Shown here piece after piece: positions 13,787-25,500 of a DNA stretch of 64,000 nt. Location: assembly GCA_013265495.1 (NCBI GenBank), contig MU058636.1, positions 10,205,066 to 10,269,065 of the forward strand. The letters are read 5' to 3'. The translations under genes were made by a program, and so were the position numbers. How positions within the stretch are numbered: the stretch's first letter is position 1; each line of letters starts with the position of its first letter. The notes below the pieces were generated by a model. The model saw nothing but the letters and a program-made list of their open reading frames with translations. It made no database searches and was not told the DNA's origin. This DNA comes from Vicugna vicugna (lineage: Eukaryota).

Positions 13787-13837
<51 letters not shown>

Positions 13838-13940
13838 CATACATATATCCATCTTCTTTATCCATTTATCTATCAATGGACATCCAGGTTGCTTACATGT
13901 CTTGGCTATTGTAAACGATGCTGCTATGAATACTGGGGTT
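13330..13940 (-). mobile_element. Laurasiatherian/cetartiodactyl-type L1 3' end
   Basis: ttttttaattgaagtatagttgattgacaatgttgta...caggtgtacagcaaagtgat; the minus-strand ORF remnant DIMSFAATWMDLEMTILSEVSQQEKDKYHMISLTCGI is the L1 ORF2 C-terminus. Confidence 0.93.
13789..13834. repeat. (GT)23 microsatellite inside L1
   Basis: Perfect dinucleotide run read directly. Confidence 0.97.
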
Positions 13941-15249
13941 CATTCACCCATTTTGTAATGGAGCTATTTGTTATTTTTTAATATTGAGTTTGGAAATTCT
14001 TTATATATTCTAGATACAAGTCCTTTATTAAATATATGCTTTACAAATGTTTTCTCCCACTCTGTGGCTTGTCTTTTCCTTCTCTAAACAGTGTCTTTCA
14101 AAGAGAAGAAGCTATTCATTTTGATGAAGTCCAAGGCAAGACCTTTCCGAGTATTCTCCCCAGGGCTCCAGGTATTAGGAGATTTTCCAGTCTGCCTGCT
14201 GGGACCAGGCACTCTTCCCAGCCCTGTGAGAGTGCCGGCACCGTCCACTCTAATCCTCTCCTCAGGTGCTTGCCTTGGCCTGGGGTACAGCCCTACTCGG
14301 CCCAATTCACAAAGGGAGCTTCTGTAGGTCCCCAAAGTTCTCTCTCTTTGCAGCTTTCTCCCCTCGCTTTCTGTGCTGTGACCTCTGGCCCTGTGGGCTT
14401 GTTCTCCCTGGACGCTCAGCATCATGTCCTCACTGCAGGAAGTCCCCTGGGTCCAGCCTGGGCTGCCCCTTCCTGCACCACGATCTGGAACTCCCTCAAG
14501 GCAGCACGCTGGGGCAAGCACAGGGCCCGCCCGCTTTGTTCCTCATCTCCCAGGGACTGCTGGTTTTCACTGCCTGACGTCTACTGTCTTATTCACGGAC
14601 TTTGTCCAATGTTTCAGTAGTTTTAGGTGAGGGAATGAATCGGTCTCTGTGTCTCCTTCTCAGCAGAAAGCAGAAATCTGTCCTGGGGAGGTCTGATGTG
14701 TGCTACCCATGCAAATGCCTGCTTCTAGGAGAAAAGTGCGGGGCCGACTTTGCTTTGCAGCCCAGCTGGGAAGGCCAGCAAGCACACACCATCCCCCTAA
14801 ACACGCCCAAGTGGTTTCCGTCACCAGGATCCGGGCCTAAGTGGCACAGTGATCTAGCCTGCCTTTTTTGTTCTAATTGAAAACCCAGTGAAACAAAACA
14901 CTTCTGTCATCCCATAACCACGCAGGAGTAAAAGCTGCCAGCAGACTCCAATATCTCACCTCGCAGCCCCCGATGTCAGGGGAGCAGGGCTGAGGAAGCT
15001 TGATCATTAAACGGTTTGATCTTCAGGGCCTGCGTAGGACAGTTCTATTCCAAGTTGAGGTGACCGCCAACAGCCTTTATCTCCTCGGAAAGGGACTCGC
15101 CCAGGAGGGAAACTGGAGCTGGGGAGGCGAGGTTAACTCAGGGCTGGTGGGGTCTCACAGTTTCATGGAACTGAGGACCCAAAACGTATGGGAAAACCAA
15201 GGGTCCTCCAAAGAGACGTCGTCAGGCGAGTACAGAAGCTCCTCTCACA

Positions 15250-15445
15250 GACCATGTTCTCACTTTCAGTTTTTAAAAATATTACAGAGATACATATTAT
15301 GTAGATATATATAAGATTTATAATTACTTTTATATATGCTAATGTATTAGGAACACTATAAAATAGACACTACAAATTGGAAAAAGATGAGACAAAATAA
15401 AGTCCAGTAGAAGTTTAAATACCCACTGAATCATCTGCATGTCAT
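15250..15445. mobile_element. Possible MER113-like hAT DNA transposon remnant
   Basis: AT-rich segment ending gtagaagtttaaatacccactgaatcatctgc. Confidence 0.4.
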
Positions 15446-15657
15446 GCTGGTGATTCCTGCCGTGTGCCGTCTTACAGAAGATGGGAGAAGCCCTATGGAA
15501 AGCAGGGGAGAGGTGTTAATTTTCGCAACACCTGTAAGTGGCGGCCCTGAGCTGCACTGGGGAAACTTGACAGGAATTCTCCAGCCCGTCTGTCCACTCC
15601 TCCGCTCTCTCCCAAGACATTTCCAAAGAAGGCGAGAGGTGTTCTCCATTTACAGCA

Positions 15658-16133
15658 TAGAGGAGGAAAAATATCTTTTTCCTCTACCCTTTTAAGTGCT
15701 TAACTGGGACCTCTAACAAAAGGTAGCTTAGAAAAGCATACAAGTGTATTTCATATAAGTTTTACACAACACGGGAGCTTTCATAAGGAAATGAAGACCC
15801 GAGGAAACGGTTAAACCTGAGTGTTTTTATGCCCTGTCTGATGAAGAGTGAAGAGTCCAGGAAAGATGAGATAGAACAAAGCGTATGAGCTGAGCAAGAA
15901 GGAAACTGAGCCAGACCTGTCCATTCAAACTCCTGCGTGTCCCTTTGCTGTCTTCCTGGGAGATAAGGATGTGCCTTTCCTCCAGGTACAGGGAGGGCAT
16001 CTGTCACCTGAGGGTTTTTTGACCTGCTTCGGGGAAGGTCTGTGCACATGACCATTTCTCACATTCCTCCAGCTGGAAGTAGTCAGCGTGCCAAAGTGCC
16101 CTGTTTGGGGGGAACGGGTCCTGAATGCTGCCA
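15658..16133 (-). mobile_element. ERV1-class solo LTR (MER34/MER39-like)
   Basis: aaaatatcttttcctctacc at one end and gtgccaaagtgccctgtttggggg...ctgaatgctgcca at the other; internal aggaaatgaagacccgaggaaacggttaaacctgagtgtttttatg. Confidence 0.75.
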
Positions 16134-16559
16134 GAAGCAAAAGCTGAGCCATCCAGCCCAGGTTCGAGATCTTTCTCTGAAGTGGTCCCAGGACACCCAT
16201 TCTCGCCTGTTCCTAGCAAAGTGCCGGCTGAATGTGTTAGCACTGTGCTACCTCCTGTACGCACTTGGAGGACGAGACGTCCCAGAATGCTGAAGTCAGT
16301 GTCCCTGCCGAGTGTCCACGTGCGCACGGGCACGAAAGCTTAGGGAGCCCGTTTCTTGGCTCACTGGCGTGGGAAGAAAAGGACCTTGGAGCTTTTTCTT
16401 GCCCCTCCAAGAAAAGACTTGTTGATAAGGCTTCTTGTTTTCCAACTCACACCACTTCACCTGGGCGCAGCCCTTCCCTAGGAAAAGTGTGTGTGCGCGG
16501 AAGCGCTGACATCACCGGCCAGGTAAGATGCACCTTGTCCTCCTCTAACACACCCTCGC

Positions 16560-16612
16560 TACACACACGCACAGACACACACGCACACGCATGCACACGC
16601 GCACGCACACGC
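16560..16612. repeat. Imperfect (CA/CG)n alternating purine-pyrimidine tract
   Basis: tacacacacgcacagacacacacgcacacgcatgcacacgcgcacgcacacgc read directly. Confidence 0.9.
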
Positions 16613-18289
16613 TTTGGGGCCCAGGTACTCCTCCCCAGCGGCCTGTGCCTTAAGGCAGAGAAGCAAGGAGGAGGAGGAAGACTCCAGGGTTTCATATTTC
16701 TGATAGATGGAGCCTGATTTGGGAGTTGGAGCAGAAGTCAGAGGTGCCAGTGTTCTGTACGGCCTCCCTCTGAGAACACCCACGGCTCTGAAAGCTTAGT
16801 CAATAGCCCATTGTTTGCTGTGAAATTAAGAAGATAAAAGAGTAGAGGAACTTAGTCTAAAATGCTAAGAGGCAGGCAGCTACTATCTTAGATCTTCAGC
16901 AGCCAGACTCCTGCCAAAGTGTTTGCCATTCAAAGGCAGATTGTGCCTGCAGATTGGAAATTCACATTCCAGAGTTCCTCTCCCCATCCTCGCTCCCACA
17001 CCTCTCCTTGCACTGCCTTCCCTGCTACAAGCATCCTTCTCCCTTCTCTCTCTGAGCTCTGGTCTTCCCCCTTGCTCTTTCTCCCTCTATCCCCTTGTAG
17101 GGCTTCCAGCTGCCCTGCCTGGGGAATCCAGCCCTGCTGCAGCACCCCTGGCTCTTGGCTGGGCTGGGCCACGATCCTTCCAGAGAGCTGAGTTCTAACA
17201 GCAGGGGAACACGCTACTTGACCGAAGCCAGTGACCTTGGGCAGCTCCACCCACCTCATGGGACCTCATATCTGTAAAGCAAAAAGCTCCTTTTTTATAT
17301 ATTTATAGAGGAAATTTTAAGCACTGGGCTGGATGTCATCCTGGGACCCTCTCAGCTCTCAGGAGCTACCCCATACCTTCCGAAACCCAGAAAGAGTTTG
17401 GGAGGAGTCCACTCCAGGTCAGAGGCCAACCTTTCACTCAGAATGAGGATTTTGAATCAGTTTCCCAAATGGAACTAAATCCGTAGCCAGCTCACCATCA
17501 TAAGCCCCTCTCACCTTGGACGGGAAGAGAGGTGGTCCAAAGGCCGTAAGTAGCTCACAAACCTCCCACCAACGCAGTAATCCACGGCACCAACAGCGCA
17601 AAGCCTGAATAGAGTGTCCTTGAAGAAAACACTCTTCACACACACAAAAAAAGCCTATATCTGGAAGTCTTTGTGAGATAGACTAATTCTCTTGACTCAG
17701 TTCGGAACCAGGCAAAAAAACCCTGAGTCTGAGAATTAGGAGACAAATGACATTGCGAGGATGATGGAGCAGATGGACTGCAGCGGAGCCCGCCCTCCGA
17801 CTTCCCTCTCAAGACCCAAGATGCTGGGAGATGAGAAGGAAGGCAGGGGTGGTCTGAAGCCACCTCAAAGTGTTCCTGGAGGTCAGGGTGGTCTCTATCC
17901 AATTCCTCCAGCTCTGTGCTAGAAAAACAGAAGGAGCCGATCATGTCAGGCCGGGGTGGCAAGACACTGCAGAGACAGAGAGAGAGAAATACAGACAGAG
18001 CAAATACCTAGGGGCAGGAAGAGGGGTGCTCCTGGAGCAGAAGGGCCAGAGGGGCTCGAGCACCGGGAACAGGAGGACAGAAGGGGGCTGAGATGAGGAT
18101 GCCAGCAAGGCCCAGGTCGTGTGGGCTCTGAGGCTCAGGCAAGGGGCCTGGGAGTGTGTGTGTGTGTGTAAGTGAACAGGGCTAACATGATCTGACATGT
18201 TTCAAAGCTCGTTCCTGGGGACAAGGGTGACCAAGGAAGAGATGGTAAAATAAACCAGGCAGGAGGCAAAGATGATTCAGGTTAGGTGG

Positions 18290-18626
18290 TGTCAAGGAAT
18301 TAAATGGAGGCAAATTAAAAATCTTAAGCATTTATTTGGGCAAAAATCTATTTGAATAGGGCAGGGCCAAACCAGAAGTAGTTAGGAGCGTTCCTTGGAG
18401 AGCAGCTGGGGAGAGACTTTTATAGAGAAAGGAGGAAGAAACCGAGGAAATTATTTGATTGGCTACAGCACATAAAGGCTGGCTGGCTATTTGTGATGGG
18501 TGGACCTTAATGTTTTGATTTTGCAACCCTGAGGCATTTACAGACTTCAGTTTTGGTTTGCTCACTAGGCCTCCAGGCATTAGAGCCTCCACAGTCTAAC
18601 AGCCTCCTTGTTTGGTTAATTCAACA
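18290..18626 (-). mobile_element. ERV1-class solo LTR
   Basis: TG...CA termini (tgtcaaggaat ... gttaattcaaca); 4-bp TSD gtgg/gtag; minus-strand CCAAT (gattggc), TATA (cttttata) and polyA (tttatt) signals in the correct order. Confidence 0.8.
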
Positions 18627-18682
18627 GTAGCTACGGTGGACCTGGTACCCAGGGGTCCTACTGGGGCAGTATCTTGAAAGTC

Positions 18683-18920
18683 ATTAACAACACTGTACTG
18701 TCTACTTGAAAGCTGCTAAGAGAGTAGATCTTAAAAGTTCCCATCACACACACAAAATTCTGTAACTATGTGAGGTGATGGATGCTAACTAAATTTATTA
18801 GGGCAATATATACATATGTCAATCATTATGTTGTACATTTTAAACTAATGCAATGTTATATGTCAATTATAACTCAATAAAACTAGGGACATTTTTAAGT
18901 AAAATAAAAAAAGGAAAGAA
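18683..18920 (+). mobile_element. L1MA8/9-like 3' end
   Basis: cttgaaagctgctaagagagtagatcttaaaagttcccatcac...tgttatatgtcaattataactcaataaaa; same family as 10808-11100. Confidence 0.9.
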
Positions 18921-19449
18921 ACTAGAGTCCATAGAACTTGCTAAAGGATTGAATATGAGGGAAAGAAAAAGAGGGACAAAGCAGATATTTGGGACTGGGG
19001 CCTGAGCAACTGGATAGAGGAGGAACCACTGACTGACCCGGAGACAGGGCTGGGGCAGGGTCAAGACTCAGGAGTTGTTCGCACCTGTGGTGCATGAGAC
19101 GGCCGCTACCCTTCCAGGTGGAAGGGTCTGTAGACAGGTCTGGAGCTCCAGGGAGGGGGCCGGGCTGGAGCATCACCCAAAAGGGCTGTACAACAGAATC
19201 AGCAGAACAGAAGAAATGCTTTAGAATGAACCGTGGAAAGCAGAGTATTGAGAGAGTCCCTTTGGGGCTGGAGTAGAATCACATGGCGATTTTTCTGGAA
19301 CCCAGTTTTAAGTCTTAGTAGGTTTGAATGGATATTTTGATGTTTTTAGTCCTTACTTAAATGAAAATGTGGAAGGGTACCTTAAAGTCTTATTAACAAC
19401 TCCTTGGAGAAAGGTTTCTGGAAGCAGGGCCCTCATAGCACAGAAGAGA

Positions 19450-19570
19450 ATCCCAGAGGACGTTTTAGCAACCGTGCAGATTCCTGAGCTCTGCCTTGCA
19501 CCCCCTGAATTAGGATCTTATGGCTTGAGAAGTAAGAATCTGCATTTTAAACAAGTTTTCCAGGTGGTTG
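19450..19570 (-). mobile_element. MER5A fragment
   Basis: gcagattcctgagctctgcc...aagaatctgcattttaaacaagttttccaggtg. Confidence 0.6.
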
Positions 19571-20532
19571 CTTTTAATACTGAAGGAGCAGAAGGCTTAC
19601 CCCTGCCAAGCCAGGGTAGGGAGGAGGAATGCAGGAGAAGGGCTGAAAACTGAAAGAGGAAATGGACCCATTCCATCAGTGTTCGCTGCACAGGCATTAC
19701 TCCTTTGAACCCTGTATCCTTTTAACCCAGTACAGTAAACTCTGTTACAGGTGCCATTTCACTTTGAAGCAGCAGAGTCAAAAAGGAATTAATTTCTCCA
19801 ACAAGGTCCAGCTGGAGAGTGATAGGGGCAACATTTAAAGCCAGGTCTTCCGGGTCCGGAGCACTTAACCAACACTCCACGCTGCCGACCAAACAACTCC
19901 ACTCACTTTCCCCAAATCAGCAATGTGGGTTTCAGCATTGGTGGAGGACATGAGGGTCCACCGACTGCAGTATCAGGGGCCCACGAGTGGCCAAGATGAG
20001 CCTGGCACATCTGTACCCTCACTCGGAGGCACATTGGGTGGACCGGTTAGTGTTTCTGAGTCACCAGGTTGGAGGTGGGGGGGCCCAGTGGCAGTCCATG
20101 GTCCCAAGGAGAGGAGGGAAAAGCAATGCCTCCTCCAAAGGCTCCTTGGCCATCATCCCGGAGACACGAGAGCCAAGTGGCCCCCAAGCTCCTGGGACAT
20201 CAGCAGGTGAAATGGCTGAACTCGCCCACTGCCAAAGACTTTCCAGCGTGAGATACAGGTATAAAGGCTGGCGTTGCTCTGCAAAAGAGCAGCTTGACCA
20301 ACAATGGGCCAGAAGAGCAGAGAGGGGGCAAGAGGGAAAGAGAGAGAAGTCACCAGATTCTTCACTCTCCCACTGGAGCAGCATCTCCCTGTTATCTCCT
20401 CTCATTAGAGATTAAAATCGATGAGGACAATAATTGTGGGACTCTGCCCTCAAAGTCCCCCAGTCACAGTGTGTAGGAAACTGCACAACACTGTGATCTG
20501 ACAAGAGACCTCACGCTGGATAAACCGCAGCG

Positions 20533-20770
20533 ATATTTACTGAGCGCCTACTGTGCACCAGGCACTATTCAAAGTGCTTTCTGTATATTCTGACAGCAGC
20601 CCTGTAAGGTGAATTCTATTCCATCCTTACATTCTAGATGAGGAATCTGAGACACAGAGAAGCCACCCAAGGCCACTCCAGTAGCGCATGGCAGAGCAGG
20701 GTTAAGAACCCAGCAGTCTGGTTATGCTCACGACCACTACACCGCACTGCATCTTGCTTGCCACTGTGAC
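20533..20770 (-). mobile_element. MIR SINE
   Basis: atatttactgagcgcctactgtgcaccaggcact...agatgaggaatctgagacacagaga...ggcagagcagggttaagaacccag. Confidence 0.85.
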
Positions 20771-21409
20771 CAGTCATTACGGACGTCCTGAAGACCTGTG
20801 TTGAGAAGGATGGGAGGCTGTATCCTAACTCAGAAGAGGATATTTCAATCAAGCCAGAACAATGTCCCCAAGGGCAGGATCCTCACTGTGATGATGCCAT
20901 GGCCCGACCAGGCCATGCAGCAATCAGATGGGGTGGCTCACTGTGCAGACTCAGGACAGCCCACGAGGCTCTGCCAAATCTCAGTAGGCTCAGAACTTTC
21001 CAGATACAGACCCAGACATTAGGCAGGTGTGCAAAGATGAGAAAATAATTGCAACTTGGCTGATTAATCTTGAGCGTAGACTGTCATGCCAACAGCAGGT
21101 CTTGGGGAGCCTTCAACACAAAAACTTACCTTTAGAGACCTTCCCCCATCTTTCTAAGCTCCTCCTCCCTTCTGGGGCACCCTCTCCTAGCACCACATCC
21201 AACATTCCTTCTCTCCCCATCCCTCCATCAAAGTGAGACTTGCCTCCCAGGAACCTTCACCCAAAGGAAGGCATCTCTAACCATGAAATCCAGGTACTGG
21301 TCAAACTTGGCACAGCCACCACTGTTGAGTATTTGCTCTGTGTTCTGGTGCTATACAAACTCTGTCTCACATAATCTTCACAATATTGCCAATGCCAGGC
21401 TTCACCTCT

Positions 21410-22590
21410 CTTAACTACCAGCAGCCTTTGGCAGAGCTGAAGATGCCCCTTTGAAACCTTTCCTCACTTGGCTTCCTGACCGCACGGATCTTGTTTTCCC
21501 TCCCACCACACTGGCTGCTCCTGTGCTAGTTCCTGTTCACCCCTCTGACTCCTAAGTGCTGGAATTGCCCAGGGCACAGGTCTCCTCTCTTCTCTGGCTG
21601 CCTCACCCCGTACATGATATCATGGGATCCCAAGGCTGTATTTTCTACATCTATGTATCTCCTTCCTGAGTCCCAATCTCTTATTTCAGCTTCCAATTTA
21701 ATGTTTCCACTTCTACACCAAGCAAGCATTTCATGTGGCTAGAACAGAACTCCTGATCCTCCATCTGCTTTTCCCATCTCAGGATGCAGCAGCTCCATTC
21801 CTGCAGTTGCTCAGACCCAAAAAAACCTGCAGTCAGCCTTGACTCCTTTCTCTCTCATCCCACGTCCAACGCACTAGAAATCGTGCTAACTCTGTCTTTA
21901 AAACATATCCAGAATCAAGCACATCCTCCCATCTTCACTGCTGCATTCTGCTTGGAGACTCCATCCTCTCTCCTAACTTGGCTCCCTGCTGCCACTTCTG
22001 ATGATTCTGTCGATTCTCCACTCAGAGGCCAGAGCAATCCTTTTTAAATCAATCAGATTGTATCACTGCTCTGTTCAAAACCCTGCAGTGGTTTCCAAGC
22101 TGGCTCCTGATAGAGCCGCAGTCCTTCTTGCAGACTAGAACATTCTACGTGGCTCCTAGGCAGCTCTCTGACCCCTCCGCTCTCCCTGCTCGTCTCACTC
22201 CAGCCACTTTTCCTCTATGTTGGAGTCTTTGTGTGTCCCCTCTACAAGGAAGAGTCTTTTCCTAGCTCCCTGCTCATTCAGGTGTCAAAGGCCCCTCCCT
22301 AGGTCGACTTCCCTAGACCACCTCTCTGAAATAGCAACCGTGGCCGGCACACGCTCATGCATACACACTTACATCCCCATCCCTCTCTGCTCCATCACCC
22401 TACTTGGCTCTTTTTAAATTGCTTATGTCACCTGACATACTACGAATTTATTTGCTAATTGTCATTTTCCACATTAGTCCATTAGAATATAAGTTCCATG
22501 AAAGCAGAGATTTTGTATCCACAATATCCAGAATAGAGACTGCCATAGAATATGCTTTCAATAAATAATTATTGCATGAATGAATAAACA
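21410..22590 (+). mobile_element. L2 LINE 3' portion
   Basis: cttggcttcctgac..., cagttgctcagacc...gtcagccttgactcctttctctctc, ttagaatataagttccatgaaagcagagatttt, terminal tgaatgaataa. Confidence 0.88.
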
Positions 22591-25500
22591 TACTGTACAG
22601 ATGCGGTAACTGTACATATTGTACAGATGAGGGTCCGAGAGTTTAAGTAATTTCCCCCAGTTCTTACAGCGGGTAAAAGAAAGAATGGCTAGTCTAACGT
22701 GCTTCTGGCTAACTCCGCTTCTCAGAAATCACTACTCATGGGGAACCCTGATAAATCAAAAGCCCCAACTTGTTAAATACAAATGCTGGCAGATGTCAAA
22801 CAGCACCCTCAGAGCCCAAAACAGTCACCATAACTTCCTGAAAGACTTTACCAGGGACACTCTACCTTGTGGACTGGTGAGAGCAAACGTTTCTCACCTG
22901 CCACTTCTGTGTCCCTTCAACGTCCAAAAGTACGTCCTCACATGGTCCTTCTCTGAAACGCCTGGAATTAAGCAAAGCAGGCACAGCCCCTGCCATCTGG
23001 AAGCACGGCAATCCAGAACAAGCACTGATGCACACAGGGCTGGTCTCATGAGCTGGCAACCACACGGTCTGGTTTTAGTGGCTGGGAAAGCTTAGTCCAA
23101 AAATACCTACCCCTCCCAAATGCCACAGTGCCTGGAATTCCACCATGAGGGAGAGACTTCTGGGAGTTTAAGCACTATCGCTGATTATGAGTCACTCTGT
23201 TTGAGGCATATACGTGTGTTTTAAGGCATACGTAGCTGTGTTTAGGCTTTGCTTTTTCACCCATCCTATAAGTTTATCTCTTTTAATAAATGAGTTGATC
23301 TCATTTACATTTATAACACGTTTGCCATAATACTGTCATCTTAAATATCTTTTTCACTCTTAATGCTTCATTTACATTTCCTATATTTTCTTTTACTGTA
23401 TAGTCTGACCTTCAGTTCAAATAGCGGCTACCTTTGCCATTTTTAATAAAATGCTTAAATTTCTATTTCTCAGTTAGTTTCAGAAATCAAATAGCATCCT
23501 TACCTCCCAATTAAGAAAGATGAGAAAATAAATGATCTTGTAATTCCTCCCATTCACTTTCCACCTACTCCTGCCCTCCCAATAAACATAAACTTTCTTT
23601 TATTATGTTGTTGGACTTTTCCTTCCCTGTGGCTATATTATCTTTATTATTATTATTTTATATTTGGTAGTTGCTGATTTTTTTTCCTTTCATGGACTTC
23701 TTGTACATGCAATAAATATCTGGAAAAGGCCTCAGCCATCAGACACCAGTATCTTTGGATGAATTAAATATTCACCTCACTTTCATTCAGGCAGTAGGGG
23801 CTCCTGGGCTGCAGGACAGCCAAGAGGAAGGGGGTGGGGAAAACACAAAAAGGGAAACTGGATGGAGGATGGGGAAATCCACGGGAGGCAAATGTCACCT
23901 ACTTCTCTGTTTTGCCTTTTGTCAAACGTGGAAACAAGGGGAACACATACTGTAGACTAAATAAACATTTCCAGAGGGCACCAAGATGGCTGATGCTCTT
24001 CTGGTGTGAGATGGACAGAACTAAGAAAAAACTGTGCCCGTTATCCAAGGTTGGCACCACGGGGGTGGCGGGGGAGGAGGAGGAGAAACGCTGAACTTCC
24101 CGGGGAGCTGACATCACAGGCTGGGAGACAACTCTCCCAGCTACTAACCCCACCCACGTCACGTCCTGTCCGCAGTCTGGCCGGGCCTGCCCCTCAGGGT
24201 AGAACGCACACAAAAACAACTGCCTCCTGCTCATGCCGGGCTCAATTCTTTATGAGACTGCCTGGGTTTCTTTATCTCAACTCCTTGTGAGAACACAGGA
24301 AACCCTGCTTCCCCAATCCTGAAATATCTGAGTCAGGAAGGAAGGCATATCGTCTTTCCAGGGCCTCTGTTGTGCTCGTGAACCAGTTCGATAGCCCGCT
24401 TTGTAAGTGCGTTGCAAAAGCAAACCAGTTCAGACCTTCCTTGGAAATGGCATGTTTGAAAGATAATGTCCAAATCCAATTCCACAACGGGGGAGAAGTT
24501 AGGTCATGAGACCAGGTACAAACACAAACTGGATAACTACTGTACCGGAGAGGTCTCTGGGTATTCTTTAATTTTCGTTTGGTTTGTTGATTTTTTTTTT
24601 CCCTTTTTGGCTTACTAAGAAGTAGAGAAAAATCATTCATTTTCTTCTTCAGCATTCTTGCTGTACTTAGGGAATAATTTGTTAATTCACCTTTCATCAG
24701 GTCCAAATGAAATTTATTTTTCATGCTTTATAGGAAACATACAAACCTTCAACTGGTTCAATGATATTTTACAATCAATTTTTATAAATAAATAGGCTGA
24801 GTCAAGACATCTTAGGAGATTAATATAATTGAATTAGAGAGCCATCATGCTCACTATTAAAAGATTTTGATTAAAAATGTTTGCCAGAGACAAAGGGTGG
24901 AACGGACCTCTGGGACTGCTTCACGGGCCCAGAATTCTGTGTTGCTATAAGCAGAAATGGTATTTGTGCTTGACGTTTTCTGGGCCATCACCCATGATTT
25001 CTAAACTGGACTCTGATGTTAATCACATTCGCACGAGCCTCAGATGGCCTTTATTTCAGAACTCATGACAAGCCCACCTTTCTGTGAAAAACTTTCAGTT
25101 GAGGTCTGGAAATGAATTTTTTTTTAAAGAAACTACGTCCTGAAGTCACTAAATTCCAAGGCAATTTCTCCTTCTGTCTGCTCCTAAGGACCAACCACCC
25201 ACACCTGAGGTGTTATTTGTATACCAAACCCTGCCATGCAACTGAAAAAATTTTTTAAAATAAAACATTTTTAAAAGTGTGTAAGTGCTCTTTGCCTCCA
25301 ACCTCTAAAAGGACCTGTGAGGCCTTATGTCTGGATTTTTAACCACTATTCCCAGAAATGGTTTCCACCCTTTCCAGCCGCCCTGCCTCCCCAGCCCCCT
25401 CCCCTGTCCCATGCCTGGCTGCCTGGCCCCGCCCCCTGCTGTCCCCCACCCAAGTGGCCCTGCCTCGAGTGTCCTCCAGTTCACACCCTGCCAAGGATGT

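Larger units (their letters stand above)
11865..14675 (-). mobile_element. Old L1M (L1MB-like) on the minus strand; 3' end joined to a 5'-end-like segment, interrupted by three younger insertions
   Basis: 3' terminus ttttaacagctttactg...aaactgcacacattaaagtgtacaa (11865-11955); body pieces at about 12220-12560, 13017-13325 and 13940-14130 (ORF-track remnant TTMRYHYTPIRMA); 14133-14675 resembles an L1M 5'-end sequence. Confidence 0.8.

Noticed and set aside
14036..14620. Longest ORF (194 aa) as a protein-coding gene
   Set aside because: It lies antisense within L1-derived sequence, spans an L1 junction, and shows no recognisable domain.
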